A stretch of 63,533 nucleotides of DNA, the filler included, from Octopus bimaculoides (lineage: Eukaryota), in assembly GCF_001194135.2 (NCBI RefSeq). It is 6 parts of 6 records of this genome, joined end to end, with 100 filler letters (N's around TTAATTAATTAA, not from the genome) between each part and the next. Parts side by side here need not be neighbours in the genome. Positions count along the whole stretch, not along the records: positions 11,121 to 24,408 come from NC_068982.1; positions 24,509 to 34,919 come from NC_068985.1; 4 more parts are not named here. One strand, written 5' to 3'. The notes under the pieces were generated by a model that worked only from the letters and a program-made list of their open reading frames with translations, ran no database searches and was not told where the DNA came from. The position numbers and the translations under genes are program-made. Below are positions 13,204 to 26,718 of the stretch, piece by piece. How positions within the stretch are numbered: position 1 is the first letter of the stretch; the number at the start of each line of letters is the position of its first letter.

Positions 13204-14795
13204 CAAGCACACCAAATAATTAAATATGATACTCGATAACACAACAACATTGAAATGAGAATCGGAAAGAACGAATAAAAAGGTTTTGTTGGAAATAATG
13301 TGTACTTTGTACTAAAGTAGGGTATTTAAATATTAATTAAAAATTTCGGCTCAGAGTCATCATTAAGGGGAGGGTTAAGTCGATTACGTCGACCTTAGTG
13401 CGTAAATCGTACTTATTTTATCGACCCCAAAGTATGACAGGCAACGTCGACCTTGGCGGATTTGAACTGAGAACGTGAAGATAAACGAAATACCCTAAAA
13501 ACATTTTCCCCGGTGTGCTAACGAAGGGCTAATTCACTGCCTTAAAAGTAGGGTTACATTACAAATCAAAAACAGTGGATGTTTAGGAAACACATAGCTA
13601 ATAGCAAAAATTATGAAAATGGAAAAAAATTTAGAAAGAAGTAATTATAAACAAGAAGCTAACTACACCGAGGAATGACTTACATTAAAATCAAAACGAC
13701 AGAAATGTTTTCTCTCAATATACGATAAACTCAAAAGGAAAACAAATTAAAGTGAAAGAAGATACTACCAAAAGGGTTCTCGAAAGGTTTTTAAAGAAAA
13801 CAAATGGTCGCAAAACTACTCTTTATTAAATAAATTACTAAACTCAATCGAAAGAATGTTGGAAATCACAATAGCTGAAAGGTTGTGAACAAAAGCTAGC
13901 AACAAAATCCAGCTTCTAGCTGTACAATATTAGCCCCTAACTAAGAGTAATATAGACCACCATACAGAGACTGACACCAACTTCACACAATGGAATAAAC
14001 ATTCAAGTAACGCTTGAACATGTTATTTCTGGTTACCTAGTTCCCATAAAGACAGCACATGCATAAGACATGGCCGAATAGACAAACCGGCAAGAAGACA
14101 ACAAACAAGCTATGATACCTCGAGGCGGTCCAGATTGACACGGAGATTAAGGTAAACATTTCAGATATAATTATAAGTAATTATAAAACAGAGATATTTA
14201 ATGTTATGTGAACTGAGAAACTTCAATTAATTTTACCGCAATTGTGAAGAGAATAAAACTTCTTTAAAGAAAAACGGGCGTGACATACCTAAACTTACAA
14301 TAATTGGAATTAAATGTATAATGATGTGCCAGTATGCTGATGATGTTGGACAGATATGCTGAAGTTCTAATGGACCTAATCAGTGAAACGTAGTCAAACC
14401 ATTATTGTAAAATAATTAGAGGGAATAAAATTTGTAAATCGCTTAATCAGGAAGTATGGGTAGCACGCATTATTCTTTTCAGGGTTTCAGAATTTGTGTG
14501 TGTAGGCAAATTCTGACAAAGTGGAGATGTAGTATGAATGACTTGAACAGAATAAAGTCTACGAAATATACGCAAGGGTCAGGCAAGGATGTTAAACCAA
14601 GTGACAGATTAAGTCCGCTTCCCAAGTCTGTCACACTGATTAAAACAGTATCAGTGCTTAAATGGTACTTATTTGATTCACCCCGAAAGGATGCAAGGCG
14701 AAGTCGACCTAGGCGGAGTCTCATCTCAGACAGTAGAGGCGAACGAAATACCGCTAAACATTTTGCTCGGCATGCTAACGATTTTGCCAACTAAT

Positions 14796-15823
14796 AATTA
14801 TAACGATGTTAAAAATAGAGACGCAATGATCACCAAAAAGGAGTTGCAAGAAGATTTGTTAGCTTCAGGGACTAGTGTTACACTATGAACAATCAGCAAT
14901 GAACTTCATAGGAATGAACTGAAGTCATGCTCTCCTAGAAAACCTCAACTGTTGACTAGAGATGCCCGTTTAAAATTTGTTTATGAACATAAAGATAAAT
15001 CTGATACATTCTGGGAAAATGTTCTTTGGACAGACGAGTCGAAAATTGAATTGTTTGGACGAAATTCGCGTAGCCATGTTTGGAAGAAAGATGGTACCAC
15101 CTATTCGCCGAAAAACACAATTCCTATTGTAAAGTTTGGAGGTGGCAACATCATTGTGTAGGAGTGTTTCTCTGCAAATGGCACTGGCAATTTACATGTC
15201 ATGGATAGTAGAATGAATGCAAAGATGTACCAAAATATTTTGAACAATAATTTATGGGACTGTAGAAAAGCTCCAGCTTTGTAAAGGGTGGGTTTTACAA
15301 CAGGATAACGAACCTAAGCACACGGCGAAGTCTACCAAAAATGGATTGTCAATCACAATATAAAATTATTAGAATGGCCAAGCCAGTCATCTGACTTGAA
15401 CCCCATTGAGAATTTGTGGCGTTATTTGAAAATTAAAATTCATTCAAGAGCCCCAATGTACATTCCAGATTTGAAGAAAATTTGTCAAGAAGAATGGGAA
15501 AATATTTCCTAAAGAAACATGTGAGTCATCGATTAAGAACTACAAGAAGAGATTGGTTGAAGTGGAACTGAATAATAGTTATGCTACGAAGTATTAAATC
15601 AGAATTATCAGTTAATTATGTTCTGTACGAATACTTTTTTCACCCCAAAATATTTATATTTGTATATAAATTCATTGGTTACTATAATTTATTAGTTTCT
15701 TTTGCACATTCTTAGTTTATGTATGTGTATGCAAGTATAGTGTTGGTATACCCCATTTATGTTCATTAGAAATTAAATGAATAAAGAATTTTGCCATGTA
15801 CGAATATTTATTTCCCCCCAATG
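14796..15823 (+). mobile_element. Tc1-family (DD34E) transposon, 5'-truncated, transposase pseudogene, 3' IR/DR end with TA
   Basis: VLWTDESKIELFG, KFGGGNI, QQDNEPKH, EWPSQSSDLNPIENLW with stops and frameshifts; terminus tgtacgaatatttatttccccccaatg|TA. Confidence 0.92.
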
Positions 15824-16134
15824 TATATACATTTCCAAGAGTTAAGGAATGGAGTAGGAAAAAATCCGGGCTTCATGTTTCATAGCGTGCGGATTTTAGT
15901 TAGATTTCATTTCATTCCATAACTCTTTGATTTTCAATCGCATACCTGACAACCCTGACTGCCTACCGTGAAATATAACAATTCTTTTTCGATACGGAAA
16001 AAATTCACAACCTTCCTCCCCAGTAAATTATTATTGTTCCTCAAGGTTGTCTTTTTTTGTATATTTTCTATGAGTTGCTTGAAGCTCATTTTCTTCCTAT
16101 ACTTCGATCCTTGGATCTTACATTTATATATATG

Positions 16135-16175
<41 letters not shown>

Positions 16176-16180
16176 ATATA

Positions 16181-16216
<36 letters not shown>

Positions 16217-16421
16217 CGTATGTATGTATTCGTGTATTTAGGTGTTCGTGTGTATCTTCAAAATTCCTAGTTTTTCTCCCTGTCCATAACGTTTCTTCCC
16301 ACTCTCTATGAAATTCTAAACCCTTATTATTGACACTTCACGTTTTTCTTTCTTTCTCTCAAACCCAAAGTGAGAGATTCATATTTTTTGCATCTATTCG
16401 AGCTCATGAACATAATGAAAA

Positions 16422-16454
<33 letters not shown>

Positions 16455-17239
16455 CGTTGCTGACAATTGTTTTATTACTACCAGTACTATTACACTCAAT
16501 AATATTACATCTGATACGAGAAATCAAAGAAAATTGAATTACAAAAATGGAACGTGGCATATCCGTAACCCATAATATTGATATGGTGTTATTTACAAAG
16601 GATATCGTATCCGAAATTGAAATAACAATATTCATATAATAAACTAGTAAACTGGAGCATAATAATATAAAAGAAATATGAAGTAGTGGTATGTAATAAT
16701 TTATAATGATTCTAGTTGCATATGACATAATAAATGTTGATTATTATGTGTTAAGGCAAGTTTTATTGATAATAACACGGATGTCTAGCATATTTTGGAG
16801 TATAAAGTTGTTCATTATGTCTCTGATTTATTTCAATAAGACCTGAATAGTATTAAGAGAAAAAGAAATACAATATCAATTGCTGTTTAATATATACACG
16901 GACTCATATATGTAACGCTGTCTTGATATTACTATACAAAATATATTATATATTGACTTCTAACAGTTGCATCAGTACAGGATTTTGTATTGAGTGGTGT
17001 TTAGTCAGTGGGTTGAACTTCAAAGTACTCATAATTTACCGATGATCAGAGTGATGAAAAGAAAATTAGACAGCATTGTATTCCCTACGAAGAGGTGAAC
17101 GATGTTCGAGAATCATTTATAAAACATAATGAAATAACATTTTGACACTGCTTTTGCAATCTCCGCAATAAATTCTCTCCTCGCAGATAAATTGGTTTTT
17201 CAATGTAATGAAAGCTAATCCAAACAAAATGTTTCTCTG

Positions 17240-17283
<44 letters not shown>

Positions 17284-17664
17284 TTATACACGCACACACA
17301 CACACACATATATATATATGTGTGTGTGTGTGTGCGCGTGTGTGTGCGCGCGTGTGCGTGACAGTGTATCAATGGTTGTTTATATGTCACATGATATTTA
17401 AAAACAATTTAACAGTAAATCAAAGAATTACTCAATACTATTTTTGTCGAGTACAAGTTTCATAAGCTTTTACAAGTAATTGGGTGACTGTGACTTCGGC
17501 GTTTTGGTCTGAAAACCTTCGTCAACTTAGTTTGAGGTACACCGCATCCATCTACTCATGCATACGTGTGTTTTTGTGTGTACATTTATGTATACGTATA
17601 CAAGCCTCCGCATATATACCTATCAATCTACCAATGAATTTCTTTCTGTCCTTCCTCCTCCCTC

Positions 17665-17703
<39 letters not shown>

Positions 17704-18609
17704 GTATATATGTATATATACTATGCTTGTATTAATATCTGTTTTTATGTTCAGTTATAATAAAAACAAGTTTATTTTTAATTTAATGTGTTACTTTGTA
17801 CTTTGGTAGAGTACAAATTTATTATTCTTAAACAAGAATGTTTTGCTGAGAGTGACTTTGAAATTTCGGCTGACTAAAGCATGCATGTATGCATATATGT
17901 GTGTGTGTCTGTGTGCGTGTATACGTGTGTGTATGTGTGTGTATACATGTATAAATAAATATATAAATATATGCATGTATATATTTATATATTTATATAT
18001 AATTTAATTAATGTATAATTAAATGCGCTGAAGAGAATTCAAATATATTTGTTAGATATTTGGTGGCGCCGTGAATATTAAGACCTGCTTGAGCTGATTT
18101 AAATCATCTACATTAGGGTCAGATATGTGGTACATTACGGTGTTACAGTTGAGATAGGCAATCTGTTGCCTGGTGGACAGAGGTAGTTGTCATCACTCGT
18201 ACTTAATAATGGTGGTTTCTAAAGCAACTTTCTAAAGCAACGTTATATCTCGTGCAAATTGTTTCCTACTTAATAATACTCAAATATGGGCATTTATAAA
18301 ATCATATACGCTGAACAGCTTCATAATTTTTTTTATTTGATATCGGTAAAACTCTAGATTCTCAAGTTCAAATTTTAAAATACTTGCAAAAGTTATATAT
18401 CTATTGATTATTCGTAGTGAACTAATCATATGTAAATTTCTTTAAAAAGGGACACAAAACTGAATTCTCCGTAGCAGGTAGAGCTTTCAATCAAAGAAAT
18501 CAGTGTACAGAGAATTAAAGATAAGAACTAAGAAATATTCTCCGAAATAAAGTATTTCCATTATTATTAAGCCTACTTATTATTTCATTATTCTACAATA
18601 CACTCATAT

Positions 18610-19112
18610 TTTCTACTCAAGGTACAAGGGCCGAAATTTTGGGGGAGGGGGCAGTCGATTAGATAGAGCCTACAACATAACTAGTACTTTATTTATCGAC
18701 CCCGAAAGGATGAAAGGCAAAGTCAACCTCGGCAGAATTTGAACTCAGAACGTAAAGACAGACGAAATAACGCTAAGCATTTCGCCCGGCTTGCTAACAN
18801 NNNNNNNNNNNNNNNNNNNNNNNNNNNNNNNNNNNNNNNNNNNNNNNNNNNNNNNNNNNNNNNNNNNNNNNNNCAGCTCGCCGCCTTACAATACACTCAT
18901 AAACCGTTCTACTCTAGGCACAGGGCCCGAAATTGTAGTGGGGGGGGGGGCAGTCGATAGACTCCAGTATGCAACTGGTACTTAATTTATGGACCCCGAA
19001 TGGATGAAAGGCCAAGTCGACCTCGGCGGAATTTGAACTCAGAACGTAAAGACAGACGAAATAACGCTAAGCATTTCGCCCGGCTTGCTAACAATTCTGA
19101 CAGCTCGCCGCC
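18610..19112 (-). mobile_element. Two head-to-tail SINE A copies
   Basis: Two copies spanning a small gap, separated and flanked by TACA(A/G)TACACTCAT. Confidence 0.8.
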
Positions 19113-19191
19113 TTACAGTACACTCATAATGGATTATAAAAGACAATGATAATTCGTATAACTCGTTTGAGTTATTATTATGTTATACATA

Positions 19192-19408
19192 CGATGAGGT
19201 ACTGAAAAGTTCCTAGCTTTAACTGTGTCGCGAAAGGCCTGCTTGTAGGCCCTACCTTCCGAGTTATTTTACAGGGTTTGAAAACATTAATGGACCGCTG
19301 CAATAAGTATGTAAATCTGAGAGTAGAATATATTGAATAAAATAATAATCAACTGATCCTTCTTTATTTTCCTTTACTCAAATTCAGGAGCTATTCAGCA
19401 TACCCTCG
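19192..19408. mobile_element. Mariner-derived MITE
   Basis: TA|cgatgaggtactgaaaagttcct ... aggagctattcagcataccctcg|TA; homologous to 27230-27445. Confidence 0.7.
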
Positions 19409-19701
19409 TATATGGGAAAGGATATGAAAGTATTGTTAGAGCATCCGATATTTTTTTCGACTATTTAATTTTGGAGTTCAAATCACTACTACGTTAGCAT
19501 TGCTTCTCGTCATTTCGGTAACGAAACAATGAAGTGCAAGTTATCTACTGGAGTCAGTATAATTTACTATTTTCTCATCTCAAATGTGTTAACTTTGTAT
19601 CTATGTTGAATTACGGTTACGTGAAACATAAAAATAGCCTCTGCTATACAGAGTATTTTTAAGGCACTCTCATACACGCTCGCGCGCACACACACACACA
19701 T

Positions 19702-19735
<34 letters not shown>

Positions 19736-21704
19736 GCATGAATCTGTATACAACTGTGTACGAAACACAAATGTACACAAATTCGCACACAAATTACATA
19801 TACACCCAACCGTCCATATTGGTACATACATTCCACAGGCCATCAACAATTCAGAAATTCTGTGTCTACCTTTTAATAATGTAATTCAATATTTATAATG
19901 CAATCTGGCGTCAATCGCTTACATGTAATAGCAGATTTTATACGATAGATTTATGTGTAATTATGGCTGATACATCTAATTGTTTCCAGTCAATACTTTG
20001 ACTTTTGCACAGCTAATAAATTCCATTCTCTCTTGCTGCTATCTTTCCTACATGTTGGGCATTGCTCAAAGCCATAGCTATTTTTAATTGGACGAAACTC
20101 ATAACTGTATTCATTCATTCCTCTTCGTTATTCCTATGTTGATAATCACAGTCATCAATGTTTAACATTTCTTTACAGATTAATCATATTTCTGATTTCC
20201 CATTGTTCGAATTATTATTAAATATCCAGTGAGTGCTTCCTCATAATTAGACACGCAAAAATAATCACCAAACTCACCTGCATGCAAATGCATGTACACA
20301 CACACAAACACACACATACATACACACATACACACACAGACTTACACACACGTGTATATTTTATACTACGTATTACAGTTTTGTATTAATAGAGTTTAGC
20401 CAACGCTGTGTAATACACACAAGTAAACATCTAAATATTTATATCTTCTGTTTATACACTTATAACTAAAATCAAGAAGATGGATTTCAATGTTAGGCAC
20501 ATTTCGGCTGTTAAATTGCAGACGTACTCACTGTATTTATTTTGCATACAAAAGATTGGTATGTGTTATACCCTAACATTTTAGCTGTGACTGCTTTCGT
20601 AAATTAATTAAAGCCTATTCTGCAGAGACATCAGACATAAGTAAGTGTCTATGATATTTGTTATACAATCTTACTGTGGACAAGAACATAGGGAGCAATA
20701 AGTACAAACTGGACAACGTCGCTTCTCCGTTATCAACTATCACCAGCCATCAAGTACTTAATATTTGAAAGTTACTTTATTTTTTGTATTTGTAGCTGCT
20801 ATTGTTAAGTTTACAAGTAAATCAACATGACCGTTTTGAATATTAGGCACGTTTTGGGCTGTTCTGAACGAATTTCTTGGTGAAGCGGGCTGGATTTATT
20901 GGGTTGTGTGGTAGAACTAAAGCTATAAACGACAAATGTCGCGAAAGATAAAGGAATTAGGGGCCCTAGATTGCTGGATCCGAGAACCTAAAAGACTTAT
21001 CAGCTCAAACCGGAAGAAAAAGGCGATTACTATTGTGGTAGAAAAGAGAGAGAGTGTGTGTGTGAGAGACGGACAGACAGATAGACATGCAGACAGACAG
21101 AGAGATAGGGAATGCATTAAGAACACCAAGACTACAATATAAATACAATTAATATTCATGTAAAACATAATATTATTTGTTATCTTTCACGATTAAGCAT
21201 TAACGAATTTCACACTCATACAGCAAGATATCGAATACCATTACCAAACCTTCCGAAAAACCTATCATTCATAATTCTACTGATTTAACGAGATTATAGC
21301 TGTCACTGACTAAGCAAATGGCTGTGTTAAATTAAGTTAAGAAAGTTCATATATTTGGCATTTGGTGGAGGATATTAAGAGTCTCCGATCAAAGTATGTA
21401 TGAAACCAAAGCTGTTCTTTTACAGGGAACGTGGCATAGTACCACTATGAATAATTACTGTACTGGAGTAGAATCCTCGTAGATAGAGCCAATTCTTATA
21501 GACTGGTACTCGTACATACGCAAAAGTACAGATTCATATATAGTGGTCACCTTCAGATATAAATATGCAGGCAAGTATATATACATGGGAGTGTGTATGC
21601 GCATGCATGTAGATTTATCTCTGTGTATGCGTGTGTGTGTGTATACACGCATTTGTATTTATGCGTATATACATATAGAAATGTATATACACACATACAA
21701 TTAT

Positions 21705-22002
21705 ATATAAACCCTCACCATATCGCTGTTCACCTATCACGGTTCACCTATCGAGGTTTATCGTTTAAGCTTACGTCGATTCCTCCGTGGTGTTGTTTTG
21801 CATTTATAATAAAATAAATGTATCCAAATTATAAGAATAATAAAAAATATATATAGTACTGTTTCTACTTCGCGGATTTTCTCCTTTCGCGGATTTTCTC
21901 ATTTCGCAGATTTTCTCCTTTCGCGGATTTTCTCCTTTCGCGGATTTTCTCCTATGGCGGGTTTTTTAGAACGTAACACTCGCTATATTCGAGGGATTAC
22001 TG
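21705..22002. mobile_element. Tigger/pogo-like MITE with an internal 5x17-bp tandem array
   Basis: Terminus cgagggattactg|TA; (ttcgcggattttctcct)x5 at 21869-21953. Confidence 0.6.
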
Positions 22003-22788
22003 TACACTCTAAAACGAGCTAATATACACGCACTCACACATATCGGAGTGCAGGACTGTATATCTACTTACAGTAGGGACAAAATGAAAGGTGTTTGGTT
22101 GTATTATTGAGAAGCTAATATTCAATAAGTTTCTGTTTCAAGGACAAAATATTAATCGCTTCGGCTGTCATTTTACTTGGAAATATTCCCTTCAAAATAT
22201 AAGGGTGTCTGTGTTTACAGAAAAATAGAAAGAAACTTCAATAACAGATTGCTTAATCTATTATGAAATGAAAGCACTTTAAGTCACTCCATTGTACAAA
22301 TCTTGCAGTCATTTTATTTTCCGTGTACACAGGGTAATGATTATGATGTACAAGATTTTCAACGTTGTTCTTTTCCTTAGTAAATATATGTTACCAAATA
22401 ATTGTTACTTAAAGTATGTCAATGCACAGTATAGCAGTGTTTAAATTTGCTTGATGCGAAGGTAGTATCAGAATATTGCATTGCGTAACAGGCATTTCCA
22501 GATATGGGGTTTCTTGGTTGAAATATTCGAGATTTATAAGGGTTTCAGTAAAGAAGAATTTTTTCTGCTATTACCAAGTATTTTATTTTGTTCATGTATG
22601 TTTACTATTTTATTATTACAATGATCGAATTTACTTTTAGTGTTCATGTGAATAGAATTACTCTCAATATTGGCTTTGCTTTCCTATAATGGAAATGAGA
22701 TCTTCAATAAAGTTGAGTACGGTGTTGACCCTAATAATTATGTGCCTGACGTTAGTAAATTTTATTTCAGCTATTTCTTCGTTTACAG

Positions 22789-22809
22789 AATAGATATTTG
22801 ATACTCCAG
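22789..22809 (+). other. Candidate 21-nt microexon (NRYLILQ if phase 0)
   Basis: ctgac branch-like motif at about 22746, pyrimidine tract ctatttcttcgtttacag, donor CAG|gtgag. Confidence 0.3.
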
Positions 22810-22938
22810 GTGAGAATTAATCGTTTCCCTATTATTAATTCCATTTTGGTGTGTTTAAGAAATTGTCAAGTGTATTCACATTAATATGATATTCTGTCAT
22901 AAGTTGCCATTAGCATTCTTATGTACATTAGGCTTGTG

Positions 22939-22977
<39 letters not shown>

Positions 22978-23075
22978 ATAGAAAAGGTGAGACAACGAAA
23001 GAAATAAAGAGACCTCGATATTATGTAAATAGAGGAATTTATCTGTAAATAATGTGACAATTATTCGGTAGCCAT

Positions 23076-23135
23076 GATAAAACTCCGATTTCGGATGTCG
23101 GGGCGGAAACCCAGGCCGCCATCTCTTCAGTTATC
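23076..23135 (-). ncRNA. Type I hammerhead ribozyme-like motif in a Penelope-like terminal repeat
   Basis: GAUAA-CUGAAGA-GAUG(GCGG...CCGC...)CAUC-C-GAAAU-CGGA-GUU^UUAUC; perfect 5-bp stem I. Confidence 0.55.
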
Positions 23136-23434
23136 TGGCCATCGAAAAGATGCTATGAAAATGACCGTTAAACAAAGGGAAATTACTGTGTGATTGACCG
23201 TTATTAAGACAAAAGAGCTATTGGAATGACCACGAAGTGAGGGGAGGGAATAAAGGTAAGGGAGAACAATGTCCATAGTATTCGCGTAAGCGCACCAGTC
23301 CATACATACACATGCTCGCCCGCACACCCACGTATATGCGCCTATATGTATATCCTCATCCACTCGCACTTGAAACATACACATGCTCACCCACACATTC
23401 ATCAAAAAATATATACATACCCATAGACACGCTG

Positions 23435-23484
<50 letters not shown>

Positions 23485-23823
23485 GCACGCGCGCAACGCG
23501 CAGGCACACATACACACGCGCGCAAAAAGGGTTCATACACACGTCCATATACGCACAAGCACAAGAAAAAACAGGGCTGAAAGCAAAATACAGAAAAAGT
23601 GTAAAAAATGATTAGTTATTCCCGTACTTTGAATTTTTGATCTTAATCAGTAAATACACTAATTAATCAAATTGTCCTGCCCGCCTACATTCAACGTGCT
23701 AAACTAAAAATAGCTTTTCCGTGATTTGGGATTTAACTCCTATTTCTAGCGTGTTGGAAAACCACTTAGTGGCTTTCCCTTCGTGTATAATTTCTATACA
23801 CATATACAATATAATATAATATA

Positions 23824-23854
<31 letters not shown>

Positions 23855-23940
23855 GGGAGAAATCACAAAAAAACAAAAGACGAAGACAGGTGGTGTAGAA
23901 AAGAAACAGATGTATTAGTATAACGCTCGGGAATTGAATA

Positions 23941-23976
23941 AGTCTAACGTTTCGAGTCTACGCTCTTCCACAGAAA
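23941..23976 (-). ncRNA. Degenerate or variant hammerhead-like motif
   Basis: CUGUGGA-A-GAGC-GUAG-ACUC-GAA-ACGU-U; the core deviates from CUGANGA. Confidence 0.3.
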
Positions 23977-24288
23977 GGAACATCAGAGAAAAAAAATGCG
24001 TGTAGTGGTTAGCGATCTATCATGGCCAGTGTATAATAATAATAATTGTTTTACATAAAGTTCAAAAAGTTCAAAGGCTTCAGACGTCGTGGTGTATTGG
24101 AGCGATTTTTCATCAACAGAAGAGTCCAGAGTAATCCATAGGCAGGAGAGGTGCAGCCAGAATGTAACACACATACCTCAATGTGTGACATTGTTTTTCT
24201 TCAAACGATGGAGCTTCTGTTGTCTCAAACCAACGCCGGATTTGCAGGTAAACGTCAAATAGTTAAAAGTAGATGAATACGCACACAC

Positions 24289-24326
<38 letters not shown>

Positions 24327-24508
24327 CACGCATAGACAAATACACACACGCATTCACTCACACTCACTCACACATACACACATATATACATATATATATA
24401 TATATATANNNNNNNNNNNNNNNNNNNNNNNNNNNNNNNNNNNNNNNNNNNNTTAATTAATTAANNNNNNNNNNNNNNNNNNNNNNNNNNNNNNNNNNNN
24501 NNNNNNNN

Positions 24509-24541
<33 letters not shown>

Positions 24542-24932
24542 TCCTCCCTCCCATAGAATCGGTTACATTACACTGTAAGATGGTCGTGGGGAACTATTTA
24601 GTGTCCTTTGTCTCCAAGAAATAGAGAATGTTTGAACATAGGGTTAGCATGCTAGAAAACAAAAACCTTCACAGAAACGAAAGATAGCTCGTGATCAGAG
24701 ATGCACATATTGTCATCCACGACGGGACATGCTCAACTGGTTAAGGTCAAACAACTGACAAGCAAATCTGTGGTATTGAGCAGAATATTTGCTGTAGCCC
24801 ATCTTTTATACCAAGGCAAAACATGTACATGATAACACTTCCAATTAGTTAAGATCAGAAGCCATGAGCGCCAGTGCCTAATACTGCATCAAGCCATGAG
24901 AGCCAGTGCCTGGTACTGCATCGTCATCATCA

Positions 24933-24961
<29 letters not shown>

Positions 24962-24966
<5 letters not shown>

Positions 24967-25180
24967 AGTGGCGAGTTGACAGAATCGTTAGCACTCCGGA
25001 CAAAATGCTTTGCGGCATTTCGTCCATCTTTATGTTCTGAGTTCAAATTCCGCCGAAGTTCGACTTTGCCTTTCATCCTTTCGGAGCCGATAAAGTAAGT
25101 ACCAGTTGAGTACTTTGGTCGATGTAATCGATTTAACTCTTCTCCCGGACTTGTTGACTTTGTGTCGAAATTTGAAACCA
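24962..25180 (+). mobile_element. SINE A copy
   Basis: Full-length match, flanked by trinucleotide repeats. Confidence 0.85.
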
Positions 25181-25183
25181 TTG

Positions 25184-25217
<34 letters not shown>

Positions 25218-25914
25218 GATGATGATAAGGAGGAGGAGGAGAAGAAGTTTTAAATTTTGGGAACTTACAGGCATTGACAACACTTGGAAAGGTGTGCAGA
25301 TTTTGCCGAAACGAGCCATTTGTTTCGTATTGATGTCACCATATTGTTGTCTTCGGTCACAACGATCTTGTCTCCTTCTCTGAAGATCGCACAGGACCTT
25401 AGCTCCTAAAAATGGCTTAAATCAAAAGATATACAGAAATATTAAATATAGGACCAACAAATTAAGATAGACAAAGCAACATAACTCTAAGAATCATATG
25501 TTTAGCCCCTCTGTAAAATTAGATGCATGCCTCTGTCTCTCTCCCACCTCTCTCTNNNNNNNNNNNNNNNNNNNNNNNNNNNNNNNNNNNNNNNNNNNNN
25601 NNNNNNNNNNNNNNNNNNNNNNNNNNNNNNNNNNNNNNNNNNNNNNNNNNNNNNNNNNNNNNNNNNNNNNNNNNNNNNNNNNNNNNNNNNNNNNNNNNNN
25701 NNNATATATATATATATATATAAATTCAAATTACGATAAACGTAAACAAACAAACGAAGTTTGCTTTTAGAAGCGTTGAGATGTTTTAGAAAGTTAAAGA
25801 AGTGATTTTAAATTCGCAAACGCAGGATAATGCTAATAATATAGCCTGAACAGGATAAACTACCCCTATTTTGCAGAAAAAAGTGTAGGCGGCCAGCCAT
25901 GAGACTCGAACTCA

Positions 25915-26265
25915 CACCTCCGTGATTACGCGTCGCGGTGCTCGTGACGTTTGGAACAGTGCAGTGGCATCTAGTTCAGAGATACTAAAGTTTGAAGCCA
26001 GCCCCTCCCGGATCTTCCATACGCATATCACTGCATATCTTTCCCCCGTCTTCGCTCCAGCAAGGAAAGTCGTAGCTCTTTCAGTCCCTCCCAGTAGCTC
26101 AGCTGTTTCATTGATGCAATCTTCCTGGTGTAGCACTGCTGAACTGCCTCAAGTCCCGCTAATAATTTGATACTGTAGAGTGATCGCAGCTGAGAGCACT
26201 AGTCCAGACGGCTGACGACAAATGTCCTCCATAGAGCCAGCATAGTTTCCTGGTCCTTTTCTGTG
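25915..26265 (-). mobile_element. CR1/L2-group LINE ORF2 3' fragment
   Basis: RDQETMLALWRTFVVSRLD..SQL...IKLLAGLEAVQQCYTRKIASMKQLSYWEGLKELRL.LLERRR. Confidence 0.75.
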
Positions 26266-26405
26266 CATGAGCATGCAAGTGGCTTTTGAATCCCGAGAGC
26301 TGTTTGAAATTTGTATTACAAATAATGCAAATATGTCTCACTTAAGTGGCAGTATTGTTTGTCCTTTCTGAGTCATGGATATTTATATGCCTTTTCACCG
26401 CAGCA

Positions 26406-26451
<46 letters not shown>

Positions 26452-26682
26452 NNNNNNNNNNNNNNNNNNNNNNNNNNNNNNNNNNNNNNNNNNNNNNNNN
26501 NNNNNNNNNNNNNNNNNNNNNNNNNNNNNNNNNNNNNNNNNNNNNNNNNNNNNNNNNNNNNNNNNNNNNNNNNNNNNNNNNNNNNNNNNNNNNNNNNNNN
26601 NNNNNNNNNNNNNNNNNNNNNNNNNNNNNNNNNNNNNNNNNNNNNNNNNNNNNNNNNNNNNNNNNNNNNNNNNNNNNNNNNN

Positions 26683-26718
<36 letters not shown>

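Noticed and set aside
21869-21953. Regular 17-bp repeats as a CRISPR-like array
   Set aside because: There are no spacers; it is a plain tandem repeat inside a MITE.
26265-26341. C2H2 zinc finger (HICIICNTNFKQLSGFKSHLHAH)
   Set aside because: Isolated, abuts a LINE fragment and has no splice context; most likely retrotransposon-derived rather than a host gene.
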